Source: a virus | Taxonomy: Duplodnaviria; Heunggongvirae; Uroviricota; Caudoviricetes | Strand: one strand, 5' to 3' | IMG/VR virus record: IMGVR_UViG_3300033067_001661 | Span: 1-64,000 of that record | DNA: 64,000 nucleotides | Part shown: in pieces, positions 22,322 to 31,267 of the stretch | Position numbering within the stretch: the first letter of the stretch is position 1 | Layout: every line of letters begins with the position of its first letter | Translations under genes and position numbers: made by a program | Notes under the pieces: generated by a model | What the model saw: the letters and a program-made list of their open reading frames with translations, nothing else | What the model was told of the DNA's origin: nothing | Databases searched by the model: none

Positions 22322-22504
22322 TTAGAAGTCATTTCTCTCATGTACTTCAAAGTTCGCTTCAGTATACTCTTTCCTACTTGCCTCGTCAAGTTTCTTATTT
22401 AGTCTTTCTTGTGCTTTCTCAAGTTCTTGGATTTTCACAATGAGCGCGGAAAGAGTGTTACGCAGTTCTCTTTCTCTTGTTGAATCTTGTAACAAGCTCA
22501 TCAT
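22322..22504 (-). CDS. hypothetical coiled-coil protein
   Basis: 60-aa ORF. Confidence 0.45.
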   Translation of the reverse strand: MMSLLQDSTRERELRNTLSALIVKIQELEKAQERLNKKLDEASRKEYTEANFEVHERNDF

Positions 22505-22712
22505 TCATTTCCAAGGTACTATTCATTAGGAAGACTTCTATCGTCTTCGCTCTTACGGATTCACGCTCAAGGCAAACTTCTTTCTTTCCAAGGGGCAGGT
22601 ATGTTCGTATACCATTGTTCTTAAACATTCTCTCCGCAGCTTTCTCTATCTTCGAGCGCTCTTCGGCGTTGAATGTATCTCTGCAAATGTCGTTGAATTC
22701 TGCGATTGCCAT
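22458..22712 (-). CDS. hypothetical protein
   Basis: 84-aa ORF with AGGGGG RBS. Confidence 0.55.
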   Translation of the reverse strand: MAIAEFNDICRDTFNAEERSKIEKAAERMFKNNGIRTYLPLGKKEVCLERESVRAKTIEVFLMNSTLEMNDELVTRFNKRKRTA

Positions 22713-22732
22713 TTTGAAACCCCCTGTAAACG

Positions 22733-22755
22733 AAAAAGCCCAGCTTTCGCTGGGC
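22733..22755 (-). terminator. intrinsic terminator (attenuator candidate)
   Basis: GCCCAGC-GAAA-GCTGGGC-TTTTT. Confidence 0.8.
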
Positions 22756-22799
22756 CTCTGGTCTTCTATGCTGTTGGGTTCTTTTAGAACAGTTTCTGG

Positions 22800-22922
22800 T
22801 TACTGTCCTCCCAAAGCTAGAGCCAGAGGCCCGATCATATCGGGACGGCTATTAAAGCCGCAACCGGCAGCAAATCCTGCTGTCGGCTTCTGGGTATAGG
22901 TTTGGGACGATGATTGCAACAT
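22800..22922 (-). promoter_or_regulatory. putative 40-aa leader peptide carrying the antiterminator strand
   Basis: AAGGA RBS, MLQSSSQ...ALGGQ*; GGGCCTCTGG (22823-22832) is complementary to CCAGAGGCCC (22752-22761). Confidence 0.55.
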
Positions 22923-23123
22923 GGAACTGTTATCCTTCTGTTCGGAGACGGCGATACGCGCCGCTCTGTCCATTACTATACCTTGTATATCGGCTAAAGT
23001 CCTTCCTCGATTGCAGATTTTCTCAAAAATTCTGCTCGAATGCTCATTCTCGCTTGAAAAACAAGGATTTTTGCGCCAAGAATTTTGGTGTTTGTCTTTC
23101 ACTTCGACCGAATCGTGTCTTGT

Positions 23124-23540
23124 TCACTCGGTATGAACAACGTTTTCGTCAACATGAGCCGCATTGACCTTCTCTTTCCAGCTTTCCTTGACGTTCGACT
23201 TCTGGAAAACAGTTTCCAGAATCTCAGTCTTTTGGTCAATGAAGCTAGAGTAGTTTACAGTGTCATACGGATTGAAGACCGGAGCAGGCTTGTCGTAGAC
23301 AATCTTCGCTCCAGGGCAGGTCTCATGACCAGCGGCCTTCCAGTCCCAATGCTGGGAAAGACCAACAACTCGGTCGCCAACGTAAATCGCCTCATTGATT
23401 TCATGCGTCACAATAATGCATGTAAAAGGAGGCTCTTCGCCGCGCTTCTTGGCTTCTTCGTTCTCCGCTACTTCGTTCGATATCGGCCAACCGCTATTGG
23501 CCTTCACCGAAGTATAGGGAGGGCGATTCCACTTTTTCAA
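23124..23540 (-). CDS. C-terminal fragment of a NitT/TauT-type ABC ATPase
   Basis: IIVTHEINEAIYVGDRVVGLS H-loop; no Walker A/B. Confidence 0.6.
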   Translation of the reverse strand: MKKWNRPPYTSVKANSGWPISNEVAENEEAKKRGEEPPFTCIIVTHEINEAIYVGDRVVGLSQHWDWKAAGHETCPGAKIVYDKPAPVFNPYDTVNYSSFIDQKTEILETVFQKSNVKESWKEKVNAAHVDENVVHTE

Positions 23541-24361
23541 GCGCTTGCTTCGTTCGCTTTCAAAAATTCCGCTGCCTTCGCCTCAAACTCCGCTCTAGGG
23601 ATGATAGAGAAGTCTGCGAATATGTCCAAGTGGCATTCTTTGGCCTCTTTGACGATGACAATATCCTCAGGAAGTACGTCCTCATAGGTCGGATTGTTGG
23701 CCTCTTTTTGCTCTCGGATTATCGTGTCATAGATTTCTCTTGCAGAGAGAGGCGAGTTGTATCCAAAAACTCGTCGCCTATTGAGCAGGTCTTTTGCAAT
23801 AGCTTTCTTTTCGCCAACAAAACTTCCTGCCAACTTATTGTACCTGGACATTTTCTGGACTTTGATGATATCGCCGTAATCCTCTTTATCTCCAAACTCA
23901 AAGAGCATAAGAGTCAGGTCTTTGATTGGAAAAAGGATTTCCTCAGCGCCGCCAAGAACATTTTTACGAAGAACAACTCGAACTCGTTCTTTGAACGAAT
24001 CATTATTGAGTTCTCGAATGACCTTTGCTAAGAAAGGTTGGAGAGAGTCATAATCCTGGTCTGAAACCTGGTCTGTATTAATAAGCTTACAAAGAGTGGT
24101 ATTCAGATACCAGAGCATTGTCCCCTTTTTAGCATTGAAACTGAAAGAGGTATTAGGGGCAGGCATTGCCTTGCCATGCAAGGCCTTGATAGCATTATTG
24201 ATCTCTTCATTACCAATATCTTTTCTCTTCATGACGCCCTGACTCATTTCATAGTCAACGTCAAGAGTTTCTTTTGTGCCTTCCGCTTCCAAAGCTGAAA
24301 CTACGTCTTCTGCTATCTTCTTTGCATTTTCGTCGATTAGTAAAGCTCTTAGCTCGCTCAT
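23537..24361 (-). CDS. hypothetical protein
   Basis: 274-aa ORF in an operon. Confidence 0.75.
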   Translation of the reverse strand: MSELRALLIDENAKKIAEDVVSALEAEGTKETLDVDYEMSQGVMKRKDIGNEEINNAIKALHGKAMPAPNTSFSFNAKKGTMLWYLNTTLCKLINTDQVSDQDYDSLQPFLAKVIRELNNDSFKERVRVVLRKNVLGGAEEILFPIKDLTLMLFEFGDKEDYGDIIKVQKMSRYNKLAGSFVGEKKAIAKDLLNRRRVFGYNSPLSAREIYDTIIREQKEANNPTYEDVLPEDIVIVKEAKECHLDIFADFSIIPRAEFEAKAAEFLKANEASA

Positions 24362-24562
24362 TTACTCTTCCTTTTTGCTAACCGCCTGTTTCATCAGATA
24401 CATATTTCTGACGGCTTCTGCCTGTCTTACAAAGTTCTCGTCTGACAAGAACCTTCCCAAATATGCTTGCGCCTGAGACGAATCTGGTCCGTGATCATTA
24501 ACAAGCATTGTGTAGGTACTGAGAGACGGGAAATCTCTATGACCTGTTTTGTACATACTCAT
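24362..24562 (-). CDS. hypothetical protein
   Basis: AGGAGG RBS; 66 aa. Confidence 0.65.
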   Translation of the reverse strand: MSMYKTGHRDFPSLSTYTMLVNDHGPDSSQAQAYLGRFLSDENFVRQAEAVRNMYLMKQAVSKKEE

Positions 24563-24589
24563 AACTAGCCTCCTTAAAATAGGACTTCA

Positions 24590-24982
24590 CTAATCTTTAT
24601 TCCAAGGAGCTTCGCTATTTTCCTTCAAATCTTGCGAAACCCGAACTCTCAGTGTATAGACCTTAAGGCCTCTCGATTGCGCCTGGTTTATCATATTGAG
24701 AGTTCCCGGAGAACTGCCGTCCCAAACCGCAATTAAAGCATCGGCATAATGAGCCATTTCGGTATTGCGCATAATTCCTGCTTTACGACCATAAGATTCC
24801 CAATCAGCAGGAAAAACCTTGAGCGATATGCCTTTTTCCTTAGCATATCGTTCTCCAAGAGCATCAACGCCTCTTGCTCCTCCTGAAACAACTTCTGTTA
24901 TCTCAAAACCAGAAGCTTCAATAGCGTCGAGAAGCGCTTGGTATTCAACAATGTTTCTACTACCCGCAATAATTGTTTTCAT
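24590..24982 (-). CDS. SLOG/YspA-like (DUF2493) protein
   Basis: IIAGSR...VVSGGARGVD...AGIMRN..MA...WDGSSPGT. Confidence 0.88.
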   Translation of the reverse strand: MKTIIAGSRNIVEYQALLDAIEASGFEITEVVSGGARGVDALGERYAKEKGISLKVFPADWESYGRKAGIMRNTEMAHYADALIAVWDGSSPGTLNMINQAQSRGLKVYTLRVRVSQDLKENSEAPWNKD

Positions 24983-25611
24983 TGATTAGCCACACCTTCA
25001 AGAGAAAGTAAGTCCATAACCGTTTGTGCATATCGTCGCCAATCATATTCGGTAAGAGCAGAATCACTACTGATTGTGAACCTTTCATAATCAGTAATCG
25101 AACGAGAACTTAGCTTCTTATCAAACAAGTCTTTACGAGTTTTTACAGAACCAGCTATTTCCGCTGGAACGTCAAATACAAACCAGCTTTTGTTACAATC
25201 TTTCAAATAGCTTTCTAATAAGGCTTCATTTGAAGGCCAATAAGTTCTATAGGAAGGATCTGCATAATCAACGGTAGTCCCGTCAATACCCGTAAGTCTA
25301 AGACTGCCACTTTTAATAATTCTTTCTTCTCGCTTGATTTTGTTCCAAAGATCATTAATTTGCTCTTTTGTTTTATGAGAGGGAGCAAAAAAGGTTACAA
25401 TCCTACATTCTTTTTCAAGCAGAGAATTTGCCAATATCCTAATAGGAGCGTCAACCATATTGATCATATCTTTTGACAGATATGGTCCAGTCTGCTTTGA
25501 AAAATAGGATACTCCGTCTTTCGAGAAAAGACGAATATATAAGTAAGGATTTTCTACAGGAATCTTTGTACTATAAACTTTGTCCATTATTTGTTCCTCC
25601 AATCGTAACAT
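24979..25611 (-). CDS. hypothetical protein
   Basis: ~200-aa ORF coupled to the downstream gene. Confidence 0.65.
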   Translation of the reverse strand: MLRLEEQIMDKVYSTKIPVENPYLYIRLFSKDGVSYFSKQTGPYLSKDMINMVDAPIRILANSLLEKECRIVTFFAPSHKTKEQINDLWNKIKREERIIKSGSLRLTGIDGTTVDYADPSYRTYWPSNEALLESYLKDCNKSWFVFDVPAEIAGSVKTRKDLFDKKLSSRSITDYERFTISSDSALTEYDWRRYAQTVMDLLSLEGVANQ

Positions 25612-25653
25612 CGTCAGTCAAGGGATTTTTTCACAAATAGCGAAGATTACACT

Positions 25654-26151
25654 ATGGGATGGTATAAACAAGCATCTAAAAGTTCTGCTCCGGTATTCGA
25701 GAGTTCTGGTAAAATGCAGGACTCTTGGAATACCAATTTGGGTGACTATCAAAGATGGGTCGTTGACGCATATACGGCTTCTGCTTATCTAACTAAAACA
25801 AATTACAAGATATCTGTAGCAATAACCGTAAACAAAGTTCATCTTGGAACAATCATGCTCCAAATGTTCTGGAAGTATAGCCTTGACGAAGAATCAAAAG
25901 CTCGTAAGACCTTCAAAGAGGTTTGCAAAGCTCTTAACGACATTTTCGGAGAACTTGCAGATCAAGAAGCTCCGTCTGCTCTGTATGAAAGTATGATACG
26001 CCATGATTGCGGCCAAATAGACAAAGAGCATATTGCTAAAACAACAATACCTCATATCAATTGGGCGCAAGACGTAAAGTACGAAAGAGATTGGCGAAGC
26101 TCTATATATGGAAACCGTTATCCAAAGCCAGAAGACACAAACGCATTCTAA
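25654..26151 (+). CDS. hypothetical protein with MGWYKQA N-terminus
   Basis: 165-aa ORF. Confidence 0.7.
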   Translation: MGWYKQASKSSAPVFESSGKMQDSWNTNLGDYQRWVVDAYTASAYLTKTNYKISVAITVNKVHLGTIMLQMFWKYSLDEESKARKTFKEVCKALNDIFGELADQEAPSALYESMIRHDCGQIDKEHIAKTTIPHINWAQDVKYERDWRSSIYGNRYPKPEDTNAF

Positions 26152-26339
26152 GGAGATTCATGCATGCTAAAACTAAAATTCGAAATTAGAATATTCAATG
26201 CAGGCGGATGTTTTGAGTTTAATCTTATTAAGTGGAAAGTTGGAGTTACTATTGACGAAAATCAACACGCCGAATACTTCAAGTTTCATCTTGGACCAGT
26301 TTGTTTTGGCTTAATTTGGGATAAGAACCCATTCAACTA

Positions 26340-26804
26340 ATGTGGTACAAACTAGCACAACCAAAGATTATGTACATTATGAGAGGGCCTAGCGGCGCTG
26401 GCAAAAGCACAGCAGCCAAAGAACTAGGTATTAGCGGTACAACTCTCTCAACTGACGACTTTTGGATGAAAGACGGGCAGTATATATACAATCCTGAAAA
26501 GAAAGCTGAAGCTCATAGATGGAATCAACAAAGGGCGAGAGAATGTCTGAAAAAAGGCGTCTCGCCCATTATTATTGACAACACTAACATTGAACCTTGG
26601 GAAATGAAACCATACGTTCATATGGCTCAAGAGTTCGGGTATCAAGTTAGACTTGTTCCGGTTGAAGTTAAAAACACCGCCGAAGAGCTTGCGGCAAGAA
26701 ACAAACACGGAGTTCCCCTAAACGTTATTCAAGAAATGATCAAAAAATACGATCCCAAAATTGGTATAAGGGATATTTTAAGATCAAATCCTCCTCAAAT
26801 ATAA
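26340..26804 (+). CDS. P-loop kinase (AAA_33/N4BP2-like, polynucleotide kinase-like) with MWYKLA N-terminus
   Basis: MRGPSGAGKST, STDDF, IIIDNTN, RNKHGVP. Confidence 0.85.
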   Translation: MWYKLAQPKIMYIMRGPSGAGKSTAAKELGISGTTLSTDDFWMKDGQYIYNPEKKAEAHRWNQQRARECLKKGVSPIIIDNTNIEPWEMKPYVHMAQEFGYQVRLVPVEVKNTAEELAARNKHGVPLNVIQEMIKKYDPKIGIRDILRSNPPQI

Positions 26805-26863
26805 AGAGGAGTCCTGCTTTGGCTATCAAACTATACCTCATACAATTAATGATTGGAGACTTA

Positions 26864-27319
26864 ATGCATAAGCAACTCATAAAAATACTTGTTATCGACA
26901 ATGAAAATGAATTCTATGAGTTTGTTAAAGAATGCATTACTTTAGAAGCTTTATCATTTTATGGAGAAGATTGCGAGTGTATAGAAGTTGAAAGCTCCAA
27001 TCAATATGCTATATCAAGTTATGATTATGATATCTACGTTGTAGTCGAACAAGATAATGAACCAAATAATGGTGATAAGGTAATTTTAATAGTAAACGAT
27101 ATTAGAAACGAAAAAGGGCTTGGGCCTCATATATTTGTTGTTACAAGCAATAACAATCCTACTCTACTAAAGAAACTTATAGAAGTAAACATAACAGGAT
27201 TGATAGATAAAGACGAAAAAGATTGTTCGGTTCTTGCAAAGTCTATGCATAGAGCATTTGAGACTAGAATTGCAATATGCCGAATTTGCGAACTAAAAGA
27301 GAAAATCGAGAAGATATAA
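26864..27319 (+). CDS. degenerate receiver-domain-like protein
   Basis: KILVIDNE...YDIYVV...IFVVTS...LIDK. Confidence 0.6.
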   Translation: MHKQLIKILVIDNENEFYEFVKECITLEALSFYGEDCECIEVESSNQYAISSYDYDIYVVVEQDNEPNNGDKVILIVNDIRNEKGLGPHIFVVTSNNNPTLLKKLIEVNITGLIDKDEKDCSVLAKSMHRAFETRIAICRICELKEKIEKI

Positions 27320-27321
27320 AC

Positions 27322-27732
27322 TTGTGGTACAAAACTGCTCAACCTGACCTAAGAACAAGTCTTAATACTTTGAGACCCCAGTTCGCTGCGGCTGCTCAAA
27401 AAGTCTATGACGAATGGAACGTCATTCCTGGTCAAGAAATTGACGACGATCTTAATGGCGGCGGAATCTGTCAAGACATTGCCGAAGCAATTGCTGGTGT
27501 TATAAATTCAAGCATACCAAACGTTGAAGTTCAAACAGTTGATTCTCAAGGAGTTGGGGACCAGCATGTTTGGGTATGCGCATGGAATGAAGAGTCATGC
27601 TTTGACGTTGATATATCGCCTTATCTATACGAAAGAGGCGGCGGATATAGTTGGACCAAAATACCAGGAATAACATTTACTCCCAACATGATTTTAATAA
27701 CGCCTCAAAGATACAGACCGGAGAACTACTGA
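27322..27732 (+). CDS. hypothetical protein, (M)WYKTAQ N-terminus with TTG start
   Basis: TTG-TGG-TAC-AAA right after the upstream stop; GGIC...H motif. Confidence 0.7.
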   Translation: MWYKTAQPDLRTSLNTLRPQFAAAAQKVYDEWNVIPGQEIDDDLNGGGICQDIAEAIAGVINSSIPNVEVQTVDSQGVGDQHVWVCAWNEESCFDVDISPYLYERGGGYSWTKIPGITFTPNMILITPQRYRPENY

Positions 27733-27983
27733 TGTGGTATATAGAGGCCCAGCTTGAAGACAAAATCAAGAAACTTGTAAAGAAGTTTCCTGGCAATGGG
27801 ATAAAGATTTGGATCATGAAAAATCCAAAGAAGATATTTGTTAGCTTTGGAGATTGGGCCGACGATATTGGCCGTTTCCTCAAAGAACTAAAATGGTCCG
27901 CTGGCGGAGCCTATGTCATTGACCATGACTTTGAAGTTGGAAGTCCTGCACCTGATAAAAGAGAATGGAAGAAAGTTGTTTGA
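27732..27983 (+). CDS. hypothetical protein, MWYIEAQ N-terminus
   Basis: TGATG stop/start overlap. Confidence 0.65.
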   Translation: MWYIEAQLEDKIKKLVKKFPGNGIKIWIMKNPKKIFVSFGDWADDIGRFLKELKWSAGGAYVIDHDFEVGSPAPDKREWKKVV

Positions 27984-28430
27984 TTACAACTTGATCTTAC
28001 AGTTTTTACGGTCAGAAACTTCGTTGAATTTATTAATGGTTGCTTCAGCAAGATTGATACCCATGCTAGCTGCAAGCAAATCGAGATAGCACTGAACGTC
28101 AGCGATTTCTTTAGCAAACTCTTCTTGAGGAACGGCCTGTCCTCGACGAGCCTTTTTGATAAAGTTACAAAGCTCGCCAACTTCGCCAGCAAGAGCGCAA
28201 GCCCAATCAGTTGCGGTCCAAGAATTCAATTTATGGAAGTGTTTCTCGCAACGAGTAACATTGGCCTCTCTTAGCTGACTAAACCTAAAACCCTTAACCT
28301 TGGAACGACGATGCGATTCTAAATAGTCTTTCTTTTCGTCTTTCGAAAGCTTTCTATAATTTCTCAGTTCTTCTCCTGAAAGCTTCATCTCTATTTCTGC
28401 TGCTGTAAGTTTCATCTTTGTCTTCTTCAT
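27984..28430 (-). CDS. MazG-like nucleotide pyrophosphohydrolase
   Basis: LAGEVGELCNFIKK...EIADVQCYL. Confidence 0.85.
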   Translation of the reverse strand: MKKTKMKLTAAEIEMKLSGEELRNYRKLSKDEKKDYLESHRRSKVKGFRFSQLREANVTRCEKHFHKLNSWTATDWACALAGEVGELCNFIKKARRGQAVPQEEFAKEIADVQCYLDLLAASMGINLAEATINKFNEVSDRKNCKIKL

Positions 28431-28445
28431 GTTTTACTCCAAATG

Positions 28446-28475
28446 AAAAGGGCGAGAGCCGAAGCCCTCGCCCTC
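28446..28475 (-). terminator. intrinsic terminator
   Basis: GAGGGCGAGGGC-TTCG-GCTCTCGCCC-TTTT. Confidence 0.8.
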
Positions 28476-28496
28476 AATGCGACGGGAACTCTATTC

Positions 28497-29333
28497 TTAT
28501 GTCGTCTTAGACGGACTAGAACTTGCCTTATTCACGCTGTTATTCTGATTTGGGTCAGGGTCAGCGTTTTTGGTAAAGTCAGCAGGACCGTTTGGGCTAA
28601 AGAAATTCATTGAAGCAGCGGAGATGGCTTCCTGGTCATTATCCGCAACAGATCTCGAAAGATTATCAACATACAAGGCTCTGGCGGCGCTCAATCCGCT
28701 AAAAGCGCTCTTTGTTCCTGCTCCAGTGCTTGCATAAGCGGCAACATTAGAAGCAGAAATATTATACTTCTTAGCGACTTCCATAACGTCTTGATTAGCG
28801 CCAATGTAGGTTACGGTCCAAAGAACCTTAGAACCCTTCTTGAACTCCTCATTCATCTTAGAGATGTCTGAAGCGCTATACTGCTTACTTCTATTCTCTT
28901 CGCCGTCAGTAATAACAGTCAACAGAACGTTGATAACGTCGTCATTGTCCTTATTATCTGCGGCAAGCTCTTCCTGCATGCGATACATCGTGCGTCCCAT
29001 TGCATCGCAAAGAGCAGTATAACCAGACGGCATGTAATCTTGGTCATTTAGCTCTTTAAGAGAAGCAAGGCTCTCTCTCCAACAAACATTTTGATTTTCG
29101 TCAGAGAAAGTTACCAACGTAACCGTATGAGTTTGAGACGGATCTTTACTTGCAAGCTGTCGAATATTTGCTACAGTCTCATTAAATCCGCTAATGGTTG
29201 GACCCTTGACGGAACTCATCGAACCGCTCTTATCAAGGACAATAACGTGATGAAACTGAACCTTTTTAGGGGCTGCTACTACTGATTTCGATTTTGACTT
29301 CTTTGGTGACGATTTCTTTGCTTTCTTCGGCAT
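28497..29333 (-). CDS. VWA-domain protein
   Basis: VLDKSGSM, TALCDA, ITDGEEN, YIGANQD. Confidence 0.9.
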   Translation of the reverse strand: MPKKAKKSSPKKSKSKSVVAAPKKVQFHHVIVLDKSGSMSSVKGPTISGFNETVANIRQLASKDPSQTHTVTLVTFSDENQNVCWRESLASLKELNDQDYMPSGYTALCDAMGRTMYRMQEELAADNKDNDDVINVLLTVITDGEENRSKQYSASDISKMNEEFKKGSKVLWTVTYIGANQDVMEVAKKYNISASNVAAYASTGAGTKSAFSGLSAARALYVDNLSRSVADNDQEAISAASMNFFSPNGPADFTKNADPDPNQNNSVNKASSSPSKTT

Positions 29334-29367
29334 ATACTTTTCCTTTCTTATTGTCTTAAATAGACAA

Positions 29368-29439
29368 AGCGGGCGAAGGGATTCGAACCCTCAACATTCA
29401 GATTGGAAGGCTGACACTCTACCATTGAGTTACGCCCGC
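29368..29439 (-). tRNA. tRNA-Gly(TCC)
   Basis: GCGGGCG/CGCCCGC-T; CT TCC AA loop. Confidence 0.9.
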
Positions 29440-29736
29440 ATTAGGCGGGATTTCACTCCCGCCCTATCCTCTATCGGTTACAATAGAGGTGTGTCCCTAT
29501 GTTGACACGGTATGTTTGTTACTTTTTCCAGCTATCAACAAGCTTGTCAAGCTCTCCAGCGCCCTTATTATATGCGCTAACGACCTCAGAACGGACAGCT
29601 TCGATGTGCTTTTTGTTGTTCTTTCCGAACACAATAACAAGCAACCCACCAACGACAACACCCACAATCAGTCCTAGTATAAATCCCATTTCTAAGCCTC
29701 CTTTTCTAGGTCTACGACAAATAGCAAGACCTTTGT

Positions 29737-30282
29737 TTAACTATTCGACAAAATACCTTCTTCTTCCTCTATTGCTATTTTCTGCTTTCTTTTGTAGGGT
29801 TCATTAGTAGTTGTACGCAGAACATAGCCGCCGTCGCCGTCAAAATGGCCTGGCTCCCAGCGAAGAATATGACCTCGCTCTCTAAGTCGATTACCATAAG
29901 GATTCGACCCGCCATGACGCATCATCGTCTTGATGTTCGTTTCAATACGAACTCGCCAATCGTTTGCTTGCTTCTCAACGACCCCTGTATCCTTGACGGC
30001 CTTGACTTTGCTTTTGTTCTTGAATCGTTCCCACTTTTCAGGGTCTCTGTCTTCAAGCAGGGCAGCAACTTGATCAACAAAATCATGAAGACGAAGCGGG
30101 TTATCATGATTCTCGTAACCAACTCTCAGAATTGCCCAGTAGCAAGAACCTGGTTGCGCAGGCACAACAAAAGACAATTCTCCGTCTTCGACAACATCGA
30201 GAGTATTCTCGTCTTTGTGCAAAAACGAATAGTTTCTCTTCTGAGGCAGGACCGTCCCCTTATCGGAAGCGCCATCACTCAT
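29737..30282 (-). CDS. hypothetical protein
   Basis: AGGAG RBS before MSDGASD. Confidence 0.7.
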   Translation of the reverse strand: MSDGASDKGTVLPQKRNYSFLHKDENTLDVVEDGELSFVVPAQPGSCYWAILRVGYENHDNPLRLHDFVDQVAALLEDRDPEKWERFKNKSKVKAVKDTGVVEKQANDWRVRIETNIKTMMRHGGSNPYGNRLRERGHILRWEPGHFDGDGGYVLRTTTNEPYKRKQKIAIEEEEGILSNS

Positions 30283-30428
30283 AAATGCTCCTAACATTGG
30301 ACTCAATGATACTCGCCTAGAACGACACAAAATACCTGCATGTTTGTGCTAAACAAACTTAGAGCAGAAAAGGCGATTGCATAGCGTGATATCGAAAAGC
30401 CGCTATACAAAAAGGTCGAAAACACGAC

Positions 30429-31220
30429 ATGAGCGAAGACATTCAATCCTCGGACAACTTAGATAATCTTGTTCCACTTGAAGGCTTAGAAATTGAATGT
30501 TATCGCCTTAACGATAAAGGTTGGGATATAACTCCGGCTTCGTCTCGTAGAGAGTGGATGGACGAAACCAGAGGACATGCGCTCAAGTGCTTACCTTTAT
30601 TAGCGGCTTCTCAAATGGGTTGGGTCATTCATAGCCCAACCGACTTCTCTGTAATTTGGAACGGCGAACCTAGCATTCCTGCTACAAAGATAATCATAGA
30701 AGATAAAGAGTTTGAACATGGTATTATTTCTCACTTCGGTCATGGCATCTTTACTTTTCAACTTCCCTATCTATTTAGAACAAGCAAAGAGATAGGCCTC
30801 TTTGTAAGAGGAGCAAGTAACTTTTGGGTTGAAAATGCAGTTGCGCTTGACGGTTTTGTTGAAACCAACTGGTCAAACTATTCGTTTACTATGAACTGGA
30901 AAATGGTCTCGCCGCATAAGGTTGCAACCTTCAAGAAAGGCGACCCGATATGCATGATCATTCCATATCCAATAAGACTTCTTGAGAATGTAAAACTAGC
31001 GTACAAACCCTTTCAAGAAGCTCCTGCTAAAATACAATCAATCTTCAATGGATGGCATAAGCATAGAGCTTCATTCAATGCAAACCCGAATCGCAAATCT
31101 GGCGATTGGCAGAAAGACTATTTTCATGGCAAGAAGTGTCCTTTCTCTGGAATGGGCGAAGAGAACATAGGCGACCCTCATCGAACAAAGTTCAATCTAC
31201 CACGATTTGAAGAATCGTGA
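30429..31220 (+). CDS. DUF6065-like protein
   Basis: REWMD...CLPL..A...GW...SHFGHG...ETNW...FTMNWK. Confidence 0.75.
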   Translation: MSEDIQSSDNLDNLVPLEGLEIECYRLNDKGWDITPASSRREWMDETRGHALKCLPLLAASQMGWVIHSPTDFSVIWNGEPSIPATKIIIEDKEFEHGIISHFGHGIFTFQLPYLFRTSKEIGLFVRGASNFWVENAVALDGFVETNWSNYSFTMNWKMVSPHKVATFKKGDPICMIIPYPIRLLENVKLAYKPFQEAPAKIQSIFNGWHKHRASFNANPNRKSGDWQKDYFHGKKCPFSGMGEENIGDPHRTKFNLPRFEES

Positions 31221-31267
31221 AACTATTTGCTGAACGACGATAACGAAGTCTCTGGAGTAACAAGAAA

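Noticed and set aside
28497-29333. Ro60 homolog partnering the Y-like RNAs
   Set aside because: It is a VWA domain only; there is no room for an N-terminal TROVE ring.
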